From the NCBI RefSeq assembly GCF_037042905.1, contig NC_087254.1, positions 10,044,001 through 10,108,000 on the forward strand: 64,000 nt of DNA, in the 5' to 3' direction. The notes under the pieces are model-generated. The model was given only the letters and a program-made list of their open reading frames with translations, ran no database searches and was not told the DNA's origin. Position 1 is the first letter of the stretch. The number at the start of each line of letters is the position of its first letter. Positions 1 through 12,281 of the stretch are shown one piece after another. Position numbers and translations under genes: made by a program. The stretch is from Lytechinus pictus (Eukaryota).

Positions 1-483
1 ACTTTTATGGTAATATTCCTGTTATTTTGTGCAATAAACCCTAAAAGATAAGTTTCTTTTATTGCACTGTTTGTCTGGTTTTCTTTCCCATTTCCTTTCG
101 AGGCCTCCATCAATTTCGAGCTATATATAAGATGGAAGTGTCCCACATTTCAAAATGTATGATGTCGATATATCAGGTATAATTATATTTCAATTAAAAT
201 GTATGCATATAATTATGCATAATGCATGCCATTTGCTTATTAGGTGCCGCGGAAGCGGGGGGGGGGGGCTTCAACTCCCACTTTTTTTCTAAAACCGTGT
301 ACAAAAACGTAAAAATGACCATAGGATTGTGATTTGTTGCATGGTCAGCCCCCCCCCCCACTTTGAAAACCTTTCCGCGGCCCCTAGCGCTGCTTATTGT
401 TATGTTATGCTGAGAAAAAAATTACACTTGTATTACTTAATTTTGTTATTGGAATGTGGAAATAAATAAATCAAATCAATTAT

Positions 484-839
484 GGAAGAGCCGTGGTGTA
501 GTGGTTCTGACTCTCGCCTTGTAAACAGAGGGTCGTGTGTTCGAATCCCACCGCGGCCTAGCGTCCTTTGGCAAGGCGTTAATCCACACTTTGCCACTCT
601 CGACCCAGGTGCTAAATGGGTAACCGGTAGGATGCGAAAGATATTGTATGTTTGAATTTGCCAGCGCCATAATGAAGCTGCGATTAATGCAAGGAATGCT
701 CCCCAGGGAGTGGAAATTGTGCACTTTTCGTGCGGGATTGAAATGAATCCAATGACCGGGGTAATAATAAGCTGTAACGCGCTTTGAGCCATTCTGGGAA
801 AAGCGCTATATAAAAATTGGCTATTATTATTATTATTAT
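484..839 (+). mobile_element. tRNA-derived SINE, apparently full length
   Basis: Pol III A box TGGTGTAGTGG (~494), B box GTTCGAATCC (~539), central CGACCCAGGTG..AATGGGTA block shared with the SINE at 46176, 3' stem GCGCTTTGAG..GAAAAGCGC and a (TAT)n tail. Confidence 0.85.
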
Positions 840-979
840 GCGGTTTTACGTTTGCAATTCGATATCCGAATTAAAAAAAAAAAAATTTATAGTAAGATAC
901 ACATCCTGTTCACGATTACAAAAAAAGTACTCATATGAGGAATTTAAGCTCGCGTTATGCGTGCGACTTTTTTAAAACT

Positions 980-1146
980 GGGCGTTGTGGCGTACGCCTG
1001 TTAAGCTGTGGGGAAGTTACAAATTGATGAAGAGGTTCGAGCCCTGGTCACGTCTTTCGGACGGTGACGTTAAAGGTCGGTCCCAGACGTAAATAATCAT
1101 ATCTGATTGATACACGACTGACAAAACTCAAATACACACACACACA
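980..1146 (+). mobile_element. Degenerate SINE with (CA)n tail; related fragments at ~6331-6425 and ~7710-7950
   Basis: B-box-like GGTTCGAGCCC, then GTCTTTCGGACGGTGACGTTAAAGGTCGGTCCC (resembles the Deu-SINE domain, from recall), then a CA repeat. The same motifs recur at the other sites. Confidence 0.6.
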
Positions 1147-1685
1147 CCGTCGGACTTTTTTTTTGCGAAATAAGTATTCTCTTCCGTGAATTCCCACATT
1201 CATTCCTTGAAATATCCCCCTTTTCAGGACAATAGATCTATATATCAATATTTTCTATGCTTTAATTTTATGCGCATTATAAGATTGTTTCGTTAGATAT
1301 GATCTTAATCGCCGGGGAAAAAATATCCTCTTCATAATGTACCTACATGTTTAACATTTATGCCTCCTTTCTGGTCAGTATATATTAACAATAATTCAGC
1401 TTGTGCTTTATGCATGCATTGATTATTTATTGAGATGCACATCTTGTTCTAAAAAAAAAACGTGCTTAAAATGGTTCGTGCCATGCACATCGGGTTGTCG
1501 GTTCGGACAATCGCATAATACCCGACTATTCTGTTACAATTTTCACAAAACATCGGGTAAACCGGACCTGACGGTTTCGGGAATCGAGGATGCCCTTTTC
1601 TCGAATGGTCGGGTAAACTGATCGAACCCGAGGTCTTCGGAAATTTAGGGGGTCTTTTTCTCAAATGGTCGGATCTCGCACAGTA

Positions 1686-3260
1686 CAGTGGCAGCATCAA
1701 GATTTTTAAACTAGAAAGGCAATTGGGGCAAATGGACAATTTTTTTTTTTTTTTTGGGGGGGGGGCAAATTAAGGCGGACACAAATTTTTTGCCCGTTTC
1801 ACAAAATCGAGCGCGAAACGCGAGCTAAAAAATTTAATACAGGCCCTACTGACTTGAAAAAGAGACCTGATACTATTTGCAGTGACTTGTGAAAATGATA
1901 TCTCACCTATAATGCGAGGGCGAAGCGCGAGCTGAAAGTTTTGTTTATATCCTGAGGTAATATCTGGACGTTCTCAGCACTTTTTGTAACCATGAACGGG
2001 ATCGATTGTCTAAACAATTGAAGCGAGCTTGAAGCGAAAGTTCCAAAATTTGAATAGTGAAAATGCTGTTTTTGAGCCCTTTTGCAGCTTGAGTAGGGTG
2101 CTTGCATTTACTATACATTTTTTTTCAGTTTAAAAAAATTCTTTTGGGGCAATAATGCCACCTGGTATATACCGCTCAGAAAAAATGATAAACTGTCGAG
2201 CACACGGGGCTGTTGAACTTTGTCGGTAAATGTCAATTTAACTGTACACTTTTATCGGTAAATTGTGACTTTTACGCAATGCGACTTTTAGAGCTCTCTG
2301 AACATGGACTGGGCTGACCAGGGACAGGAAAAAGATAGAGAACAACTTTTAGGTAATACAATTAGGCCTATAACAAAAAAAAATTCGCTCGCGCTACGCG
2401 CTCGCATCAATTTTTTTAGTTGGGTAGTACTGGGTACCTAAGATAAATGTTTAGTTTTCAGGTTGAAATATCAAAAATTTTCAGCTCGCACTTCGCGCTC
2501 GCGTCAATTAATAATTTAGAAACCAATTTGTTCATTGTTACTAAAGTGCTTAGAATATCCAGTTCTTAAGTCAGAATATCAAAAGTTTTAGCTCGCGCTT
2601 AGCGCCCGCACGACTGTTTAGATACCCATCTTATAAAACTGCTTAGAATGTCTCGTGTCCAGTTAGGAATATCAACATTTTTAGCTCGCGCTTCGCGCTC
2701 GCATAATTTATTAAGGAAGATACCCATCCTATTCTTAGTTAAGTGCACAAAATGTATCGTTTTAGGTCTAAATTTTTAGAAAATTTCAGCTCGCGCTTCG
2801 CGCTCGCATCAATTAATTATTCAGTTAGAAACCAATTTGTTCATGGTTACTAAAAGTGCTTAGAATATCCAGATCTTAAGTTGGAATATCAAAAGTTTTA
2901 GCTCGCGCTTTGCGCCCGCACGACTCTTTAGATACCCATCTTATAAAACTGCTTAGAATGTCTAGTGTCCAGTTAGGAATATCAAAATTTTTAGCTCGCG
3001 CTTCGCGCTCGCATAATTTATTAAGGAAGATACCCATCCTATTCATAGTTAAGTGCATAAAAATGTATCGTTTTAGGTCTAGATTTTTAAAAAATTTCAG
3101 CTCGCGCTTTGCGCTCGCAATTATTATTTTTAATATAATTTTAGTGTAAATTGTTAGGCACGTGCAATTGAAAGTGAAGACTTTTTGGGGGTGCATGGGG
3201 CTTGTCAAATTTTTGTAAACAAAATGTCCCCCTTGAAAATCCTGAATCTGCCCCTGGGTT
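1686..3260. repeat. Interspersed repeat rich in GCTCGCGCTTCGCGCTCGC motifs with an internal ~310-bp tandem duplication
   Basis: ~2517-2826 is repeated at ~2826-3120. The motif recurs at 5880-6060, 6960-7320 and 9990-11000. Confidence 0.7.
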
Positions 3261-4367
3261 GGATATAGATGAGAACTGTTCGTCGGACGTCAGTAATCGG
3301 TACTGATATCTGTCGGGTAAAGGCCTAGCTATACCCCTGCTTACACATTCCTCTGGCTATTACCGTCCCCCCTTTCTATCCTATGTACCTGATCCCTTCG
3401 TCCGCCTATCTATCTTTACAAATTTCAATTCCCTCAACCTTCTGACATTCCTGCCAGTGAGTGAGTGATTTTCCCCATATCTAGTGATATATCATGTTAC
3501 TGTCGCATATATTTTCACGTTCATATTTATTTTTTTTATGAGTGAATGGATGCATTTATTTTTGTTTTAACTGTGTATATGGAAATAAAACAAATGCAAA
3601 TCAATACATGAATACAACTGATTTCAATGTCAAATACCTCTTTTATAACGTCTCCGAATGAGCAGGATTGGGAACATAATGTAAACACATTCAAAGAGGA
3701 ATAAAAGAAGTATTTTAATATAAACATTGCAATTACCACTTGATTAGAAATATATCGATCACGATCCAATACATTTCGTTTCTGGAATAATATACAAAAA
3801 AATAATAATTTCGACAATAAAGTGCAATCGCCCGATAGCAAATATCAGTATAGTAGCAAGATCCCAACTGTTTTATTGGGCATCCGCTGGGTAACCTTTC
3901 CCACCTTCAGTGCCACTTCCAGACCTACACATCCAAACGTGTAGGGGGGGGGGTTGCAAAATGCAGGGCAACGAGGACTACGAGGTGCCCAAATATCCTC
4001 GTGTATTGGTAAGATGACCGTATGTATAATTTCTGCAAGTTTCATATCATGTAAAAAGGCTAAATAATAATTAAAAAAAATGTTCGCTCGCTTCGCTCGC
4101 TCGAAAATTAAAAACTGTGAAGTTGATATTTGGGCAATGATTATCAGCCCCCCCTTGAAAAATTGTGCCTATTCGTCCATGCCTACTACCCCCCCCCCCG
4201 CCCCAACTTGCTCAGCATTTTTGTCGCTTGCCCCCCCCCCCCCCCTGACGAAATATGCCAGGTACGCCACTGCCCCGTTCAGGTCTAAATCGCATAAAAC
4301 TTAACCGCAGGCTTCGCGCTCGTATAGTGTTTATTTTGACATGTCCGGAATTCTGGTAGGAATGTCA

Positions 4368-4408
<41 letters not shown>

Positions 4409-4599
4409 TTGCGCTAATTCACGCACGCATCATGCAGTTGAATTAACTATACAAATACCCACCCTGATCATTGTTACAAAATAATGCTGAGAAAGTCAAG
4501 TTTTCCAGGTCGGAATATTAAAAAAAATAAACTCGATCGCCCTTCGGGCCTGCATTATTTGATTCATGAGATATGCCTACAAACAGTCCTCACCAACGG

Positions 4600-5795
4600 T
4601 TACACTCAAAGCCCCTGTATGGCATCACAGGTGATACGCTCAACTGGATCATGTCATTCCTTACCAACAGATGACAAGCTGTGGTAGTTAATGGAACCAT
4701 GTCACAATGGAACAGTGTCACTTCTGGAGTGCCGCAAGGCTCTGTGATCGGCCCGACTCTCTTTCTATTATTCATAAATGACATCCAAGATCAGATAAGG
4801 TCAAGTATGATGCTATTTGCTGATGACTGTGTTATTTATAGAGAGATTTCCAAAAGTACGGATCATCACAATCTTCGATCAACAGGATCTCCAGCAACTA
4901 TATCCAATTGGTATTCAACTTGGTTGATGAATTCAATGTGAAGAAGTATGCAGTTCTATCAATAACTCGAAAACGTGCATGTGCCTGGCTTCTATAATTA
5001 CTCTCTCTGCAATCGATCTTATACCAAGAGTAAGTGGATACAAATACCTAGGTGTGACGATCACTGCTGATTTACGTTGGAATAAGCCTTGGCAGAACAT
5101 CAGACTCAAAGCAAATCGTACTTTAGGACTAGAAGGACACTGCATGTCACCATGTATGAAAGAGGTGAAAGCCACAGCCTACACCGGAGCCTACATTGGT
5201 CCGTCCACAATTGGAATATGCATCAGAGGCATGGAACCCGCATACAGCTACAATAATATTGTTAGCTCAATTGAAAAAGAGTGTAAAGATCAGCCTCTCG
5301 CTTTGTACACGGTGACTAGCTACAGGTCCTCAACATCTTCCTCAGTCCTTGTGTCTGCACTCGGATGGGATAGTCTCTATACACGCCGTCTAAGCTTCTT
5401 GCTCAGTGTACCCTTTTCCATAAAATTCATCATCTTATCTAGTTGTTGTACCTTTTCCTCCTACCATCGGTCCTGCCACATACATCGGACGACATGATCA
5501 CAGCCTTAAATATGCTATACCGAAAGCAACCACTGATGCATACAAGTTCTCTTTCTTCCCACGTACTGTCAAAATTTGGAATCACCTATATACCAGGACC
5601 TGTTGTAATAGGAACAAACCCAGCTGTATTTAGAGAGAATGCACTGCCATTCATCCGCGCGATGCAGCCTCCTGTTGGGTCTCTTATGCTGTAACCCAAG
5701 AGGCAGTTTTTACTTGCACGGTGCACATTCACTTTTAATGTATATAAGTGAAATGTCAAATTACCTCACCATGGCACCCCGCAGTCGATACACAG
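4600..5795 (+). mobile_element. 5'-truncated, frameshifted non-LTR retrotransposon (CR1/L2-group RT fragment)
   Basis: YGITGDTLNWIMSFL, SGVPQGSVIGPTLFLLFINDI, LFADDCVIYREI and YKYLGVTI in shifting frames with stops. Confidence 0.9.
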
Positions 5796-7346
5796 AATGT
5801 TCTCGTCCCGGGATAGCTTTCAAGCTGTTGAAAGGGATTACTCTTCAAGGTTCAAGTCCCAACAGCCACCTTTTCAGGTCAGTGTATTAAGAATTTCAGC
5901 TTGCGCTTCGCGCGCGCTCACAATAATTGTTCCGTTGGATACGCATCTTGATCATAATTACAATGTTGCTCAGAATGTTCACTTTTCAGGTCTGAATATA
6001 TGAAATATCCAAATAGTTGACCTCACACTTCGCGCTCGCATCATATAGGTTTAATTAGATATCTTATCTTGTTTTAAAAATGAAGTTAAGATGTACTTAA
6101 AACTTCAGTGTTAAGTTAATACGAACCCACCAAAATACCAACAAAAGTCAGCTATAGCGGCCGATCGGGGAAAATGTGGATAAAAATATTTTTTTCGACC
6201 TCATCCCAACCATATTGGCACAAACTGCATGGATCAACCCTGAATATCATGGAAGTTATTGCCATTTTTTTTAAATTCATATGACTATTCACATGAATCG
6301 TTTGGACGGACGAAACACAAGAGATATTACTAGGCGCTGTGGTGTGCGCATGCAATCTGCATGCTGTACACGCCGGGGAATTAAGTTACGAACTGATACA
6401 GAGGTTCGCGGTTCGAGCCCCGGTTATGTATTTTGTTTGTTTGTTTTATTTATTTTAATACGGTTAAAAAACTTGCTATCAGCCGACAACTAGGCCGCGT
6501 TTTTCAGCAAGTCCGTAAAAACAAATGTTACAAAATATACAAAACAACAAAACAAATTTATACATTTTTTTAATAATAGCATTAATAATAATAATAATAA
6601 TTAATTACACGCACATATACACATAAACACACACACCACGCAATACATACGCAAGAAATGCGGCATCTCAATGTGCTTAAAACACCATGGGAAATACGTC
6701 AGGGGAGTGTTTCATCAACATTTTCATCCGACAAGTTGTCAGATCTGACATCTTTCTCTGATGTTGATTGGCTGAGAGGGGGGGGCAGGGGGGGCGATTG
6801 CCCCACCAATGAAAATATTGGGGGGGGGCAAACATATCCTTTTGCCCCCCCAATAATTCCGGATATGCATTAAAAAAAAAATTGTAATGTTCAGCAAGCG
6901 AGATTGAGATACACAACTCGTTCTTTATTTAAAATCGTGCTCAAAATGTCCGCTTTTCAGATTGGAATATAAAAATTTTCAGCTCGCGCTTCGCGCTCGC
7001 ATCATTTCTGTAGCAAAAACCCATACTTTTCATGATTAAATTGGTGAATGTAAATGTCCCATTTTCAGTTCTAAGCCTCAAAAGAACTGCTTCAATTTGC
7101 AATCATCTTTTCTTGGATATATAGCTTGTTCTTTATCAAAAACGTCCAGTAAACTGTCATTTTTTCAGATCGAAATATCAAAATTTTCAGCTCGCGCTTC
7201 GCGCTCGCATCTATTCTCTTTTAGATACAAATCTTAATCATTGGTACCAAAAATGCTTAGAATATCAAGTTTTCAGCTCAGAATATAAAGAAATTTGAGC
7301 TCACTCTCGGCACTCGTACTATCTGTGTAGTGAGATACGTGTCTGT

Positions 7347-7497
7347 NNNNNNNNNNNNNNNNNNNNNNNNNNNNNNNNNNNNNNNNNNNNNNNNNNNNNN
7401 NNNNNNNNNNNNNNNNNNNNNNNNNNNNNNNNNNNNNNNNNNNNNNNNNNNNNNNNNNNNNNNNNNNNNNNNNNNNNNNNNNNNNNNNNNNNNNNNN
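7347..7497. other. Assembly gap (N run)
   Basis: Run of N. Confidence 1.
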
Positions 7498-7954
7498 CCT
7501 TTGGAACGTTAATGATTTCGCCCCCCAATCTGAAAAATGGATCGACGCCCCTGCTGAGAGGTACTGTTTCTATGGTAACTGTCGGATAAAATGGGACTTG
7601 TCACTTGTCGGATAAAATGTCCGACAAGTCCTTTCATGAAACGCCCCCCTGATATGCCTCTAATACTTCATTCCCTAGTCAGTTAAGGAAGTACATTAAA
7701 AATCGGATTATGACGTAAAATGTCGGTCCCAGACGCGTAAATAATCATATCTGATTGATACACGTATGTAAAAACTCCAATACACCAACAAACACACACA
7801 CCCTCGTTGTGGTAGTGTGCGCCTGTAGGCCTACTCCAAGCTACACTGGGAAATTACGAACTGATGCAGAGGTTGGAGCTTTGAGCCCCGCGGTAATACG
7901 TACTTCGGGTCGGTCCAGACGTAAATATGATCGTATCTGATTGATACGGCTTAA

Positions 7955-8529
7955 AGGTCAAGTCCACCCCAGGAAAATGTTGACTTGAAAAATCAAACTA
8001 GCATATAACGCTGAAAATTTCATCAAAATTGGATGTAAAATAAGAAAGTTATGATATTTTAAAGTTTCGCTTATTTTTCACAAAAAAACAGTGATATGCA
8101 CAAATCTGTGACATGCAAATGAGACAGTCAATGATGTCCCTCATTCACTTTTTCTTTTGTTTTTTATTGTTTGAATTATACAATATTTCATTTGTTACAG
8201 ATTTGACAATAAGGACCAACTTGACTGAACCATATAGTATTAAACAATACTAATTCCACATGTTCATGGAGGAATTAATCGCTGTTTCACTTGACAATGA
8301 AGAGAAAATAAGAATATTTAATATTTCTCACAATAAAATACAAAAGAAATAGTGAGTGGATGACGTCATCAGTCTCCTCATTTGCATACCGACCAGGATG
8401 TGCATATAATTGTTTTGTGAATTTAAGCAAAACTTTAAAATGCCATAACTTTCTTATTTTACATCCTTGATGCTTGATGTTTTTTTTTCTTTTATTCAAA
8501 TCAACTTTTTGTTTGGGTGGACTTGTCCT
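7955..8529. mobile_element. Non-autonomous DNA transposon with TTAA TSD (Kolobok-like); second copy at 23492-24048
   Basis: ttaa|AGGTCAAGTCCACCC ... GGGTGGACTTGTCCT|ttaa. It separates a SINE body from its (CA)n tail. Confidence 0.8.
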
Positions 8530-9307
8530 TTAAATACACACACACCCACCCACATACATACATACACACGCGCGCTATTTTCAAATTTACAAAGTACGAT
8601 GTATTCTAAATGTTGGACAATAGTGATGTAACGCTTCTTCCGCAAAATTATTTCATCATTCGTCGATCGGGCGTCTGCTTGTAATTTTTGAAAACGGAAT
8701 CAATAATGCTTCCAAATTATAGACGCAGAAAGGTCTATAATCTTCTCGATCTTTATCGAATTTCTCCATCATGTCCATAGCACAGAAAGCAGCATTGAAT
8801 AATTAAGTATCAACTAAGCTAGAACGGGTTTTTCCACAGATCCAAAGCAAATTTAATTTCCCAAAACTGAATCTCGAATTTCCTGAAATACATACACAAC
8901 ACGGGCCTGGAATTTTCAAATTGTATTTATTAACGAAAATGTGACAATAACAAAGCGAGCCCACACTTGGCCCAAGTGACCAAAATAAAGGATTTCCCGG
9001 AATTCGGGAAAATTTCTGTCAAAATTGAAACACTGGCAAGATGACACGTAACAAGTTTATTGACAAAAACCAAAGCTTTACTGCCTTGAAAAGGAGAACC
9101 CCCTCCCCCGTTCTTCTAGGCCTACCGTATTCATGCGCGTATGTGGGCCCCCTGGATAGGTAAAAGGTGGGCGTCAAAAGGAAGAAGGAAAGAGAGGAAA
9201 AGAAAAAGGGGTCGGAGAAAAAAAAAGGAGGAAAAGAAGAAGAGAAAGAGAAAAAACAAAGGGCCGGGAAAGAAAGAGAGAAGGAAAAAGGATTAGGGAA
9301 GGAGAGG

Positions 9308-9825
9308 ACCGAATTGATGTTCGACCTAAAGGGGCGCCGAATTGATGTTCGACATAGGGGGCGCCGAGTTGATGTTCGAACTAGGGGTGCCGTATTGATG
9401 TTCGACATTGATATCCGACCTAGGGGCGCCGAATTGATGTTCGACGTAAGGGCGCCGAATCGATTTTCGATCTAGGGAGCGCCGCAAATTGATGTTCGAA
9501 CTAGGATTTGATGTTCGACATAGGGCGCGCCGAATTGATGTTCGACCTACTAGCTAGCTAGGAGCGCCGAACTGATGTTCGACCTAGGGGGCGCCGAATC
9601 GACCTGAAATGAGTGGGCACCAAATTGAAGCGGGTGGGGGTGCAAAATTGATGTTCGACCTTTTGAGCGCCAATTTGATGTTTGAGCGAGGGCGACAAAT
9701 TTATCATGATCATGTTTTTAGGGGAGGGGTTGCGCCAAATTTATGTTCGACCGAGGGCGCCAAATTGACCATAAACTTAGGGTATCGCCATGCAATTTCA
9801 TATTCGACCGGGGGCGCCAAATTAC
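9308..9825. repeat. Minisatellite, ~27-bp unit GAATTGATGTTCGACCTAGGGGGCGCC
   Basis: More than a dozen degenerate head-to-tail units. Confidence 0.9.
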
Positions 9826-11789
9826 TCGTATTGCCTGGTTAAAGTGAGATACGTGTCCTGCCCAAAAAGATTAAATGCGGGTGAAATAAAATATCCCGTT
9901 TTACGATAAACAGTGTGCTCACGATTCAAGTCTGTTTAGTGAGATAGGTATCCTGTTCAGGATTACAATTAAGAAAAAAGGTGCTGAATATAAAATTCAG
10001 CTCGTGCTATACGCGCTCGCAATATTTGATTAGTCACTTACGTTTCCTCTCCAAAGATCCCACGTATATAAGTCCTTAAAATGTTAGTTTTTCAGGTCAG
10101 TATACATAGGCGGATCCTGGGGCAAAGCGCCCCCTTCATCCGATGGAGGTGCAAAGAAAAAGGGGAACGAAAAAGAGTAAAACGATTAGAAGAGGTATCA
10201 GAGCTTAAAAGAGTCCTTCTTAAGTCAGTATATAAAACAATTCTGCTCGCGCTCGCATTTATCAGTTGTGTTTTTTTTGGGGGGTTACACATTGTTTTCT
10301 TTATTAAAAAGACGATAAAATTGTCAATATTTCAGATCGGAATATCGCGCTCGCGTCATTTATTTAGTGAAGATACCCTCTCCTTTCCATTGTTACAAAA
10401 TGTGCATAGAATGTCCCATTATGAGGTAAAAATCTATTTATAAAAAAGTGCTACAATTTCGTAAAGTCAGAAAATCTAAAATTTTCAGCTCGCGCAATAT
10501 TGAGATACCTATTCTCTTCGTTGTTACCAAAAGTGCACACAAAAAAGTGCAGTTTAAAAGTCGGAAAATAAAAATAATTGCGCTCGCATAAACTGTTTAG
10601 TTAGACAATGTCTATCCTCTTAATGATTACGGAAAGTAAATTTCCAGTTTTCTGGTCGGAAAATGAAAATTGTTAGCTTTCGCTTCGCGTTCGCAGCAAT
10701 ATTGTTTGCTTAGATACCTATTCTGTTCATGTTTACAAAAAGTGCTTACAGTCTATACTGCTCGCCCTTCGCGCTCGCATTATACGATTGGTGAGATATG
10801 TATCCTTTTCATGAGTCACTGGAAACCGCCACTAACAGTTCGCTTTTCAGGTCAGTGTATTAGAATTTTTAGCTCGCGCTCGCATTAATTATTTAGTTAC
10901 ATACGTATCTTGTTCATAATCATAAACAACTGCTTAGAATATCAAATTTTATATCATAATACATAAAATAAGAAAAAACTGCTCGCGCTTCGCGCTCGCA
11001 TTAATTCTTTAATGAAGTGGTACTACATATATTCATGGATTTTTTTTCATGAACACATGATCATTTAGAAAAATGTGGTCTTCAATTGCTTTTTTGTCAT
11101 GTGACTATGAAATAAGATTATTCAACATGAATTTGAGGCGGGGAGGGGCGCCATTTTTCGAAAAGTACACTGGGGAGCAAAAATCAGGTCGGGCCCCGGG
11201 GTGCAAAATACTGGAAACGTGCATGCCTGCTATTATTATCTAGTTAAGCGCTTTGTTGATTCAAAGTCTTGCCTTCGATGCTCCCATGGAATACACAGTA
11301 TGACACTGCTGCGAAATTTGACGTCGAAAGATGCGGATTTGTAATTTCTTGAAATTTATAGGGTTGATGACCCTGGGATATTCAATGCATGATATTTGTT
11401 TTCTTGTAATCATGACTACTGCCCCAAAAATACAGGTTGCTAGGATTCCGAACCAAAATTTGCTGCAAAAAATGTGGGAAACGTTATATCAATTGTTAAA
11501 TATTGTCGCCATAAATCACATTTTTTTCCATTTTCAAAAGGACAAAAATAATTTTTTGTTCACCCACTTTGCTCGCTTGCAAATTGTTAGATATGCCCCA
11601 CACGTGCCAGATTTAGCCCCTTGAATATTTTTGGCTTATATTCCGCCAGTGCTTTGAATGGCGTCACTCGTGTTTAAAATGCTTTATTGAACCGTAACTA
11701 AATATTTACACAAGTCACTTTTGATTAATAATTAACTCGTCGAGAGTACAAGATAGACAGAGCGAGAGTACCCATCATGTGCTCAGTCT

Positions 11790-11900
11790 CAAATTATGCA
11801 CATCTTTTTGGAAAGACGCATGCGCAAACCTCTCCACCATTAAGAATCCAGCCTTGGTCGTGATGTGGAAAAGGGTGTGGAAAGCGTAGTCTATAAGTGG
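11790..11900 (+). promoter_or_regulatory. Putative promoter of Ig receptor copy 1 with NRF1/P3A2-type site
   Basis: ACGCATGCGCA at 11816-11826. The block TTTTGGAAAG-CGCATGCGCAAAC..AATCCAGCCTTGGT is conserved at 42822-42872 upstream of copy 2. Confidence 0.55.
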
Positions 11901-12281
11901 TATTCATCTAGACTTGTTTTAGTGAGAACCTTCTGTAGACAACTGGGAAACATATATAAAAATAAGTTTGTAACGAACAATGAAAACTTCACCATTATTT
12001 TTTCACATGAAGTTATTCTTATTCTTCCGTTTTATATTGTTATTAAACCATTTCCAATAATGTATGTTACATGAATTACCTCTAAAACGTCTCCTGCTGG
12101 AGACTACGAAAAATCTATTCTAAGAAACTAAGTTTTATTACTCTCGTTTCCGTGGAATATTGTTTTATCCATAATTATCAGTTTTAACGTACTTGAAAGT
12201 ATCTTGCGTTTTAATATAGATGAAGCCAGGCGATCACGGTAGACGTAGATTTTCGACGTTCCAGTGTTCTCACAATCTTGA

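Noticed and set aside
484-560. tRNA gene (also at 46176 and 41957)
   Set aside because: A/B boxes run on into a SINE body and (TAT)n tail, so these are SINE heads
9308-9825. Regularly spaced TTGATGTTCGAC repeats resembling a CRISPR array
   Set aside because: Intervening sequences are variants of one motif rather than unique spacers; no cas genes; eukaryotic context
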